From an uncultured virus (IMG/VR IMGVR_UViG_3300030339_000028) (lineage: Duplodnaviria > Heunggongvirae > Uroviricota > Caudoviricetes), in IMG/VR virus record IMGVR_UViG_3300030339_000028: DNA of 20,000 bases, one strand, 5' to 3'. Every line of letters starts with the position of its first letter. Position 1 is the stretch's first letter. The translations under genes were made by a program, and so were the position numbers. The notes beneath the pieces were generated by a model, which was not told the origin of the DNA, made no database searches, and saw only the letters and a list, made by a program, of their open reading frames with translations. Below are positions 1 to 6,536 of the stretch, piece by piece.

Positions 1-6
1 GTGTCA

Positions 7-894
7 TTATAAATCCTCCTCTCTTAATTCTCGGGTTCTAAATTTAGGGTCTAATTCTCGTTCTTCGTAAGCATCTACCTCACCTTGTTTTTTCCTCTCA
101 TTAAAACTTCCCATGGTACTTGGAGTGTCTAACCATCCGTTATTATTTAACCAGGTAGCAGGGTACGGGATCCACTGTCCATTTTCTTTAATCCATTGTT
201 CTGTATTCTTTTGTAATCTTATTGCACGCTCTACAACTCTCCATTTTGGAGCATTTTTACCTTTCTTACAAAGTTTCTCCCAACTTGTTTTAGCCTTCCC
301 TTTATTTGTCTTTCTTGGATATAGTTCCCAAAAAGTATCAAACATACTATTATGGAGATTTCCATCCCAAGAAATATTTGTATCTTCTTCTCCGCTTCCT
401 GTGAAGGAAGCAAAGTTATTTTGTTCTTTAGTATTTTTACTATTAATATTATTAGTCGTTGGTTTCCCAGGACCTGGGATCCCAGGCTGTGGGTTCTCCG
501 GCTGTGGGATAATAACCTCCAAACCTTTAGACCTGAGAAGCTTTTTTGTAGATTTGATTTTAAACTTTAAAGGAGTGTCCGCATACGCCCAAAAAGAACC
601 TACCATCTGTTTGGTATTTATATCTCTATAACGGAATCTTTTTAAGTAACCTAAAGTTTCCAATTCTGTTAGACCTCCTTTTATAGAATGTAGCCCTTCC
701 TTCATCATACTGTTTAAGGTAGTCAAATAACTTTTCCAACCTTCTTTGTTTGATAAAAGTATTCCTAATATTTTTGTAGATACTGCAGATATTTTAGGAT
801 TGCGAAGTACCTCGTCTGGTATTTGAGTATATCCTTTTGTCTTACTGCAATTGATTGCATCGGGAATTGTAAATACGGTTCTAACTCTTTCCAT
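7..894 (-). CDS. Phage replication initiator protein (N-terminal HTH, Pro-rich linker, C-terminal FWxxYP/PATWLN domain)
   Basis: 295 aa. N-terminal YTQIPDEVLRNPKIS...LTELETLGYL wHTH-like region; PQPENPQPGIPGPGKP linker; C-terminal FDTFWELYPRK and WIPYPATWLN motifs typical of lambda O/DnaD-like phage initiators. Stop overlaps the next ATG (TAATG at 5-9). Confidence 0.8.
   Translation of the reverse strand: MERVRTVFTIPDAINCSKTKGYTQIPDEVLRNPKISAVSTKILGILLSNKEGWKSYLTTLNSMMKEGLHSIKGGLTELETLGYLKRFRYRDINTKQMVGSFWAYADTPLKFKIKSTKKLLRSKGLEVIIPQPENPQPGIPGPGKPTTNNINSKNTKEQNNFASFTGSGEEDTNISWDGNLHNSMFDTFWELYPRKTNKGKAKTSWEKLCKKGKNAPKWRVVERAIRLQKNTEQWIKENGQWIPYPATWLNNNGWLDTPSTMGSFNERKKQGEVDAYEERELDPKFRTRELREEDL
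415..510. repeat. Candidate replication origin: three 15-bp iteron-like repeats plus AT-rich tract inside the initiator gene
   Basis: Minus strand 507-463 reads CCACAGCCGGAGAAC / CCACAGCCTGGGATC / CCAGGTCCTGGGAAA, followed by ACTAATAATATTAATAGTAAAAATACTAAAG. Same layout as ori within lambda O. Confidence 0.55.
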
Positions 895-1024
895 AGTGCA
901 GATTAAAAAGCACTACCAGCCACAAAAATACCCCAAAAGGAACAACCACGACGAAGAACCTTTGAGGTATAATTTGAGCCGGTAGGGCTATATTGTAAAT
1001 ACGATTAGTCAAGTAAGTAAGCAT
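881..1024 (-). CDS. Putative 47-aa hydrophobic leader peptide (uORF) overlapping the initiator start
   Basis: Hand-translated as MLTYLTNRIYNIALPAQIIPQRFFVVVVPFGVFLWLVVLFNLHYGKS*. ATG at 1024, TAG at 883-881; overlaps the initiator ORF by 14 nt. Confidence 0.4.
   Translation of the reverse strand: MLTYLTNRIYNIALPAQIIPQRFFVVVVPFGVFLWLVVLFNLHYGKS
905..988 (-). terminator. Long attenuator/terminator-like hairpin in the initiator leader
   Basis: CTACCGGC..ATACCTCAAAGG / CCTTTTGGGGTAT..GCTGGTAG stem followed by TGCTTTTT, ending about 10 nt upstream of the initiator ATG. Confidence 0.55.
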
Positions 1025-1050
1025 GGCGTGGTTGTATTTAAAAGAGGATG

Positions 1051-1082
1051 CAAATATATGTTATATAAAACAGACAAACAAA
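1051..1082 (-). promoter_or_regulatory. Bacteroidota sigmaA promoter for the initiator operon
   Basis: TTTG (1082-1079) - N20 - TATATTTG (1058-1051), an exact match to the -33/-7 consensus. Confidence 0.7.
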
Positions 1083-1096
1083 TGTTTTATAACATG

Positions 1097-1315
1097 CTAT
1101 TTTTCTGCCGAATTCAGCCTTTGTGTACGTTTGCAATACTTTATACATATTTGTTTTATTCTGTTGTAGAAACGCAGATAAAACGGCTGCTTTTTGTTGA
1201 CTGTACTTATTTTAATAGCAGCCTTTTGTAAGTCAGCAAAAGCCTCACCTAATTTAACTAAGGCAGCTTGAAGTTCTGTTGTGTCTACTTTTAATTCAAA
1301 TTCTATTTTAGCCAT
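1097..1315 (-). CDS. Hypothetical phage protein (72 aa)
   Basis: Tightly packed ORF downstream of the primase, with an A-rich start context. Confidence 0.65.
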   Translation of the reverse strand: MAKIEFELKVDTTELQAALVKLGEAFADLQKAAIKISTVNKKQPFYLRFYNRIKQICIKYCKRTQRLNSAEK

Positions 1316-1319
1316 AATA

Positions 1320-2249
1320 CTAAAAATTTAAAAGTTCATTAACAATGTTTGAAGCTTGCTCCTGAGACATGCTCCCAGGATCATCAGTAATATCTACTCT
1401 AATAGCATCCTTACCCCGGAACTTTAAATCTGCGACTAATTCGTTAGCAGCAATTAAAGCCTGAGATTCCTGTCCATCAAAGCAGACAAAAATACGTTTA
1501 AAGAAACCTGCAATCAATCTTACCTGTTTGGGCTTATATTTAATCCCTGAGGTAGCACAACTTTGATCACCAAATCTCCATACATCGGTAGGTCCTTCAA
1601 CAATAATACCTTGATCACCCCATGCAGTTTGATCCCCATACAAGATGTCTTTGTGGGAAATCTTTTCTCTAGATTCTGGGCAAGCCATATACTTGTAAGG
1701 ACTTTTACCAGTAATGTCTCTAGAGTCAAAACTAACTATGTCATCATCCCAGATAAATGGAATGATAATCCTGTGTTTGTAATCTAGTTGTTTGCCTTCA
1801 GTCTTAAGTAAGCTAATAGGACCAGACCCTAACAGTTTCCATTTCTGTTCTAGCATAGCAGGATCATAACCTCTTTTCTTGAGATACTTAATATGATTAA
1901 AAGCCATCGGAGAACAGTTGCTTGGAAGTTTTAGTATTTTTTGCCCTACTTTAATTACCTTTTCAGACTTAGGTATAAATATAGAAGATCCGTATTGCTT
2001 TATAATTGCATAGACTTCTCGTTCTGATAGATTTAAAAGTTTCACTAAGGTTGAGGCTGTGGGATGAAATCCACACCGCCAACAAGTAAAGAAGTCTCCT
2101 TGTAGGTTATACCCTAAGTGATAACCATCGTGTCCAGAACCACTAGAGCACCAAGGGCAGGGTGAGTTGACCCATCCGTCCCTGGTGTGCTTGTGGCCCT
2201 CAGATTTATGATCTACACTATAATCATCATAAATTTGTTCGATGTCCAT
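1320..2249 (-). CDS. DNA primase-like protein (N-terminal Zn finger plus TOPRIM)
   Basis: CPWC...CWRC zinc ribbon, RIIIPF, IIVEGPTD TOPRIM glutamate motif and VCFDG. Likely start is MDIEQ at 2249 (TAATG overlap with the upstream stop) rather than 2276. Confidence 0.8.
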   Translation of the reverse strand: MDIEQIYDDYSVDHKSEGHKHTRDGWVNSPCPWCSSGSGHDGYHLGYNLQGDFFTCWRCGFHPTASTLVKLLNLSEREVYAIIKQYGSSIFIPKSEKVIKVGQKILKLPSNCSPMAFNHIKYLKKRGYDPAMLEQKWKLLGSGPISLLKTEGKQLDYKHRIIIPFIWDDDIVSFDSRDITGKSPYKYMACPESREKISHKDILYGDQTAWGDQGIIVEGPTDVWRFGDQSCATSGIKYKPKQVRLIAGFFKRIFVCFDGQESQALIAANELVADLKFRGKDAIRVDITDDPGSMSQEQASNIVNELLNF

Positions 2250-2449
2250 TAGGCAAGTGTGAACGATAATCCCCAACCAAACTCTTTAAGAATCTCTCTG
2301 TGTACATCAGTAATGGTAATTGCACCTAACTCCTTTAATTTTTTCAAGTTGTAGATTTTTGATCGGGTAATAAACATTGTCTTTGTCTTCCCGTCATAAC
2401 GAGTAACACAATAGAACTTTTTTACGAATTCTGATACTTTCTTTTTCAT
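2249..2449 (-). CDS. Hypothetical protein (66 aa)
   Basis: ORF abutting neighbours on both sides. Confidence 0.65.
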   Translation of the reverse strand: MKKKVSEFVKKFYCVTRYDGKTKTMFITRSKIYNLKKLKELGAITITDVHREILKEFGWGLSFTLA

Positions 2450-2450
2450 C

Positions 2451-2864
2451 TTATTCCTCCTTTACTTTTTTAGCTCTTGGTTTGCGAGGTTTTTTCGGCA
2501 TAACTACTTCAGGAACTCTTGTTTCAACTTCCTTGATACTTTTCTTTTTCAATTCTTCGTAGTACTGCAAAGTTTCCACAATACAATGCTCAACGAGGCC
2601 GTGGATGTAATCTCGTTCCCTTACTGAGAATTTTGACTCTTTGTTCTCAATCTTTAAAAACTCTACTGTCAATTTATCCCAATTAAGGAAACCTAATTCA
2701 CTTAAAGTGATGTAAGCATCTCGTCTTAAACGACTGCCAGCTTTAGAGTTCTGCAAAGTTTTGTCGTTTGCTTTTTTCTTACCAGCAAGCTCTCCGGATA
2801 ACTGAGCTTTAAACTTTTTGTCATTGAAGATATCTCCGATTGATTCAAATACAGGAATAATCAT
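2451..2864 (-). CDS. Hypothetical protein (137 aa) with basic C-terminal tail
   Basis: ORF in operon; KKPRKPRAKK tail. Confidence 0.7.
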   Translation of the reverse strand: MIIPVFESIGDIFNDKKFKAQLSGELAGKKKANDKTLQNSKAGSRLRRDAYITLSELGFLNWDKLTVEFLKIENKESKFSVRERDYIHGLVEHCIVETLQYYEELKKKSIKEVETRVPEVVMPKKPRKPRAKKVKEE

Positions 2865-2868
2865 AATT

Positions 2869-3042
2869 TTACTTTTTAGGTTTTTTATTTCGTTCTGCTG
2901 CTCTTCTTGCTAATCTTTGTCTTTTCTTTACTTCATCTTCTAATGGAGATAGATTAGGTTCCCCATTACGGTTCCAATACCATCCAGCTGTTTCTGGTTG
3001 ATTAGGAATGTGAATGTCTCTAGGCGGTGTCTTGCGGCTCAT
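2869..3042 (-). CDS. Hypothetical basic protein (57 aa; not in ORF track)
   Basis: Hand-translated as MSRKTPPRDIHIPNQPETAGWYWNRNGEPNLSPLEDEVKKRQRLARRAAERNKKPKK*. ATGA overlap with the upstream gene; stop lies 4 nt before the next ATG. Confidence 0.7.
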   Translation of the reverse strand: MSRKTPPRDIHIPNQPETAGWYWNRNGEPNLSPLEDEVKKRQRLARRAAERNKKPKK

Positions 3043-3215
3043 TTCTTAATGTTTATTTGGTTAATACAATATTCAATACCTGCACGAAAAGCCTTTTCTA
3101 ATTCCTCATTATAATTTTCCCAGGTTAATTCTACCCAGTCTGAGGAGGCTTCTACTAATAACGGCCTCAGATATTTTAAAGCTCTTTTTGGAAGTTTTTT
3201 TATACGTTTGCCCAT
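3039..3215 (-). CDS. Hypothetical protein (58 aa; not in ORF track)
   Basis: Hand-translated as MGKRIKKLPKRALKYLRPLLVEASSDWVELTWENYNEELEKAFRAGIEYCINQINIKK*. Translationally coupled to the next gene by an ATGA overlap. Confidence 0.7.
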   Translation of the reverse strand: MGKRIKKLPKRALKYLRPLLVEASSDWVELTWENYNEELEKAFRAGIEYCINQINIKK

Positions 3216-3253
3216 TGCGGATAGTTACAGTTTAAATTCAGTGTAAATACAAA

Positions 3254-3320
3254 GTGAATTCAGCATTAAAAATACAAAGTTGTGCAAATGTACACCTGTA
3301 AAATATAACGCTGAATTCAC
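3254..3320. promoter_or_regulatory. Perfect 11-bp inverted repeat flanking a -7 promoter element
   Basis: GTGAATTCAGC (3254-3264) ... GCTGAATTCAC (3310-3320), with TACATTTG on the minus strand at 3292-3285 between the arms. Confidence 0.5.
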
Positions 3321-3341
3321 GAGAAAAATAAGCTAGGATTT

Positions 3342-3551
3342 TTATCCCTTCATAAAAGGAAGTAATTCTTGATTTTCTTTAGACAACTGAAGTGTTTTGA
3401 TTTTTGTTGTCTGAGTTTTAAGCATCTTGTCAGCAGCATTAATGGCTACCTGAGCTTCTTTTAGATCAATTGTCTTATTCAAGACACCGTTAAATACTTC
3501 ACACATCTTGGAGTTTAAAGACTTCCAGTCAGTAACATTACTCTGTGCCAT
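3342..3551 (-). CDS. Hypothetical protein (69 aa, helical)
   Basis: ORF starting 2 nt after the stop of 3554..4126. Confidence 0.7.
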   Translation of the reverse strand: MAQSNVTDWKSLNSKMCEVFNGVLNKTIDLKEAQVAINAADKMLKTQTTKIKTLQLSKENQELLPFMKG

Positions 3552-3553
3552 AA

Positions 3554-4126
3554 TTAATTTGGTTTTTGATTTGTAATTTCTCTTTTTATGAGAATCATTT
3601 GTCTTTTTATTTCTATGAATTCTTTATAATTTTCTTTTAAAATAAAAGTAGGTATTTTATAAATAGATGCAATATAATTGTCTGGTAACAAGGCAACCCT
3701 TATTCTACTACGTTCTATAGATTTTTCAATATTAGAACTTCGATATATTGCACCTCTTATTTTGATTTTTTCAATATTTTTTCTTCTGTAATTTTTATTA
3801 TGGGAAGATATTTTCTCTGGATGAAGAATTCTATAATCTTTGGATTTTTTTAAATAAAAAGCAGGATCTTTATCATAGTTAACCCTCCAGGTGTCTCTTT
3901 TATGTTGTTTTTCTTTTTCTCTATATTCTTCATTTAAGAGGTACTTTTCCCTTTTTTTATTACCTATTTTTTCTTTATTAAAAAAACGATACTCCTTTGA
4001 CGCACAATTTTCACAAGATCTGCAATAAGAGTAGGTGCATGAATTACCTTTATTACCTTTTATTATTCTAAAATCAGATAAAGGTTTTTCAATAACACAC
4101 TTCTTACAAATCTTAGTCTCTTCCAT
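3554..4126 (-). CDS. Basic CxxC/CxxC zinc-ribbon phage protein resembling the N-terminus of HNH/EndoVII-type proteins; no nuclease motif seen
   Basis: KICKKC...YCRSC followed by K/R/Y-rich helical repeats; very AT-rich. Confidence 0.65.
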   Translation of the reverse strand: MEETKICKKCVIEKPLSDFRIIKGNKGNSCTYSYCRSCENCASKEYRFFNKEKIGNKKREKYLLNEEYREKEKQHKRDTWRVNYDKDPAFYLKKSKDYRILHPEKISSHNKNYRRKNIEKIKIRGAIYRSSNIEKSIERSRIRVALLPDNYIASIYKIPTFILKENYKEFIEIKRQMILIKREITNQKPN

Positions 4127-4129
4127 ATC

Positions 4130-4972
4130 CTAGGATAATTGCAGTTGGTTAAGAGCAAACCTGTATGCTTTCTTATTCAAGTTAGCAGTAGCACCAAACA
4201 AGTTGCCAAACACAGGTTCTTTCTGTTTCAATACATGTGTGGTATAATAGGTTACACCGTTAAACATACCCCAAAGGTTTTGTCCAACAGCATCCATTTC
4301 GGAACCCATAGCAAGGTACAATTGTTCTGCCTGATTCAATTTCTGTGTAGACACATTCCCGTCAAGCATTTCCTGTTGATCCAAGTCAAGCAGATAATTA
4401 ATAGCAAGTTCTTTGACTTCCTCATCTACTTTAACCTTAATCATCTTCTCAAAGTTCTTGTACATTGTATCCCTGTTCTGGAAATACACTTCCAAAGACC
4501 TCAATAACTCCTCAATTTTCTTTGGAGCAGATTTTGTGTGCCTTACTTTCTTAATTTTGGAAATATTTGAGAACTGATTTGTGCACCTTAGCAGTACGGT
4601 AGTCGTTCCAATAAAGAAAGCGTACTTCCCGTCACAAGAACTTCCGAGTATCAAATAATCCTGTATCGGATGACCCCCAATTTTAAGATCTTTAACAGTA
4701 TTCTTTAGATGAGAAATAACAATTGCTCCATTATTAATTTCAGAGTACCCTGTAATGTCAAATCCTGAGATCTTTTTCATTGTCTCAGTAGATTGCATAA
4801 AGTGAGCATTATAGGTAGGATAGTAACTGTTCTTCATTACAGACAGTTCTGTTCCGTTATCTGAACGAGACAGTACTTTGTGGTTTTTACTCGTCAGGAC
4901 ATTTCCGTTTATGTCATATAATACGGGAGATTCCTGGATCTCAAATGTTAATTTATCAACAAAAGTACTCAT
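4130..4972 (-). CDS. DUF932 family phage/plasmid protein
   Basis: YLILGSSCDG, LRCTNQF, VRHT and NLWGMFNGVTYYTTH motifs characteristic of DUF932. Confidence 0.8.
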   Translation of the reverse strand: MSTFVDKLTFEIQESPVLYDINGNVLTSKNHKVLSRSDNGTELSVMKNSYYPTYNAHFMQSTETMKKISGFDITGYSEINNGAIVISHLKNTVKDLKIGGHPIQDYLILGSSCDGKYAFFIGTTTVLLRCTNQFSNISKIKKVRHTKSAPKKIEELLRSLEVYFQNRDTMYKNFEKMIKVKVDEEVKELAINYLLDLDQQEMLDGNVSTQKLNQAEQLYLAMGSEMDAVGQNLWGMFNGVTYYTTHVLKQKEPVFGNLFGATANLNKKAYRFALNQLQLS

Positions 4973-5654
4973 TGTTATTTTGATTTAATTGTTTCCACTG
5001 TTCAATAGCTAAATTTAAAGACATTTCAATTAACTTGAATTTAGGAGTGCCTCTAGGAGTTTTTATTACTGCATTAATGTCAGCAAGCCAGTCAATCCAT
5101 TCTTGTATTGTCTTCCTAATACAGCCGTATTGTATGTGATTGTCTGTTAATGTTAAAAAGTAGACAAAATTTAAGGTAAAGCATCTTTTAGTACAAACGG
5201 CATCGCCATATACCTTGGCATCGCCAGATACCCAGGCATTGCCAGATACCTCGGCATCGCCAGATACCCAGGCATCGCCATATACCTTGGCATTGTCAGA
5301 TACCCAGGCATTGCCAGATACCTTGGCATCGCCATATACCTTGGCATCGCCAGATACCCAGGCATTGCCAGATACCCAGGCATTGCCAGATACCTTGGCA
5401 TCGCCATATACCTTGGCATCGCCAGATACCTCGGCATCGCCAGATACCCAGGCATCGCCATATACCTTGGCATCGCCAGATACCCTGGCATTGCCAGATA
5501 CCCAGGCATCGCCAGATAGGTTATTTTCTTTTTCTACCCACCCTCCTTTATCTCCTACAGAACCCCATTTGCAATCAACAATAAGTTCTATTCTAAACAA
5601 AGTAGTTCTTAAAAAATTTACTTTTGATTCTGTTGTTAATTTAAAATGTTTCAT
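4956..5654 (-). CDS. Hexapeptide-repeat (left-handed beta-helix-like) phage protein
   Basis: GDKGGWVEKENNL N-terminus followed by 18 [S/Y]G[D/N]AxV repeats; a well-known phage family. Confidence 0.85.
   Translation of the reverse strand: MKHFKLTTESKVNFLRTTLFRIELIVDCKWGSVGDKGGWVEKENNLSGDAWVSGNARVSGDAKVYGDAWVSGDAEVSGDAKVYGDAKVSGNAWVSGNAWVSGDAKVYGDAKVSGNAWVSDNAKVYGDAWVSGDAEVSGNAWVSGDAKVYGDAVCTKRCFTLNFVYFLTLTDNHIQYGCIRKTIQEWIDWLADINAVIKTPRGTPKFKLIEMSLNLAIEQWKQLNQNNNEYFC
5193..5516. repeat. 18 x 18-bp tandem coding repeat
   Basis: Units such as GCCAGATACCCAGGCATC and GCCATATACCTTGGCATC, encoding the hexapeptide repeats. Confidence 0.9.
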
Positions 5655-5659
5655 AATTT

Positions 5660-5959
5660 CTATTCATATAAAGTTACAAATGTTCCGAAATGTTTCTTAA
5701 ATACTTCTAAAAGATGTTCTCTATCAGAAGCAGTCATTTCCTCATAAATGAGGTTATAATTCAGTTGCAGTTGGATAGACCATTTCTTTGCTAAAGCAAG
5801 AAGATTGAAAGTATCCCCGTCAGAACTATTGATGTTTATCAATACTTTTCTAGGATGCAGTTCAGACTTTTTAATCTTTAATGGTTTACGCTTTCCTTTG
5901 GCAATCTTCTTTTCTTTTGCTATGGCTCTCTTTTCTATTTCTTTTCTAGATAAAGCCAT
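5660..5959 (-). CDS. Conserved-type phage hypothetical protein (99 aa)
   Basis: DGDTFNLL...EMTASDREHLL resembles the common phage DGNAFxI...MxGDYxHLL family. Confidence 0.65.
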   Translation of the reverse strand: MALSRKEIEKRAIAKEKKIAKGKRKPLKIKKSELHPRKVLININSSDGDTFNLLALAKKWSIQLQLNYNLIYEEMTASDREHLLEVFKKHFGTFVTLYE

Positions 5960-5962
5960 GGC

Positions 5963-6178
5963 TTATTCCTCCGTTACTTTTTCTTTTTTAGTTGCTACTC
6001 TTTGACAATAGTTCAATTCCTTTGTGTAATACTCCCTTTCGGTAGGATGGCAGTTTGCAAGCAGAATTTCATTATCTTGTTGTTCAAGATACTCTACAGA
6101 CAAACACCTGTTGACGCTGTGTACATGATTGATCATCAACTTCCTCAAATTCAATAAAGGATTTTCTACAGTTTCCAT
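5963..6178 (-). CDS. Hypothetical protein (71 aa)
   Basis: Packed ORF in operon. Confidence 0.65.
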   Translation of the reverse strand: METVENPLLNLRKLMINHVHSVNRCLSVEYLEQQDNEILLANCHPTEREYYTKELNYCQRVATKKEKVTEE

Positions 6179-6188
6179 AATGTAATTT

Positions 6189-6530
6189 TTAAAGGGTTTT
6201 TAATTCTTGTTTTGAATAATATTGAAACGTTCTGTGTTCTTTTACACGTTCTTTCTTTTCTGGTTTTAGAGATTCTATTTTCTCTTTCAGAGTAATAGCA
6301 TTCTCTTTTGGAGTAGCAACTTTTACCAGAGGAGTTACAACCAATGTCTTGTCTTTAACAAGATCGACTCTAACAATCCAAGAGCTACCAGGAGCAATAA
6401 AGCTTCTGTGATTGTCATTTAAAAAGGATACAATACCTTCTACTCTACAAATTGGACGTCCGCCTTTTTCATTCTTAATGAAGTCTACGGTAAACTCGTC
6501 TCCAGGAACAATAACTTTCTTGTCTTTCAT
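6189..6530 (-). CDS. Hypothetical protein (113 aa, beta-rich N-terminus)
   Basis: Packed ORF; start preceded by AAAAACTT, a short form of the early start motif. Confidence 0.7.
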   Translation of the reverse strand: MKDKKVIVPGDEFTVDFIKNEKGGRPICRVEGIVSFLNDNHRSFIAPGSSWIVRVDLVKDKTLVVTPLVKVATPKENAITLKEKIESLKPEKKERVKEHRTFQYYSKQELKTL

Positions 6531-6536
6531 AAGTTT

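Noticed and set aside
3554..4126. HNH homing endonuclease
   Set aside because: It has the N-terminal CxxC pairs but no HNH or EndoVII catalytic motif.
5171..5700. Alternative-frame ORFs over the tandem repeat (MPGYLA... and ASPDTQ...), and the repeat as a possible CRISPR array
   Set aside because: The frames stay open only because the 18-bp unit has no stops. There are no unique spacers, so it is not a CRISPR array.
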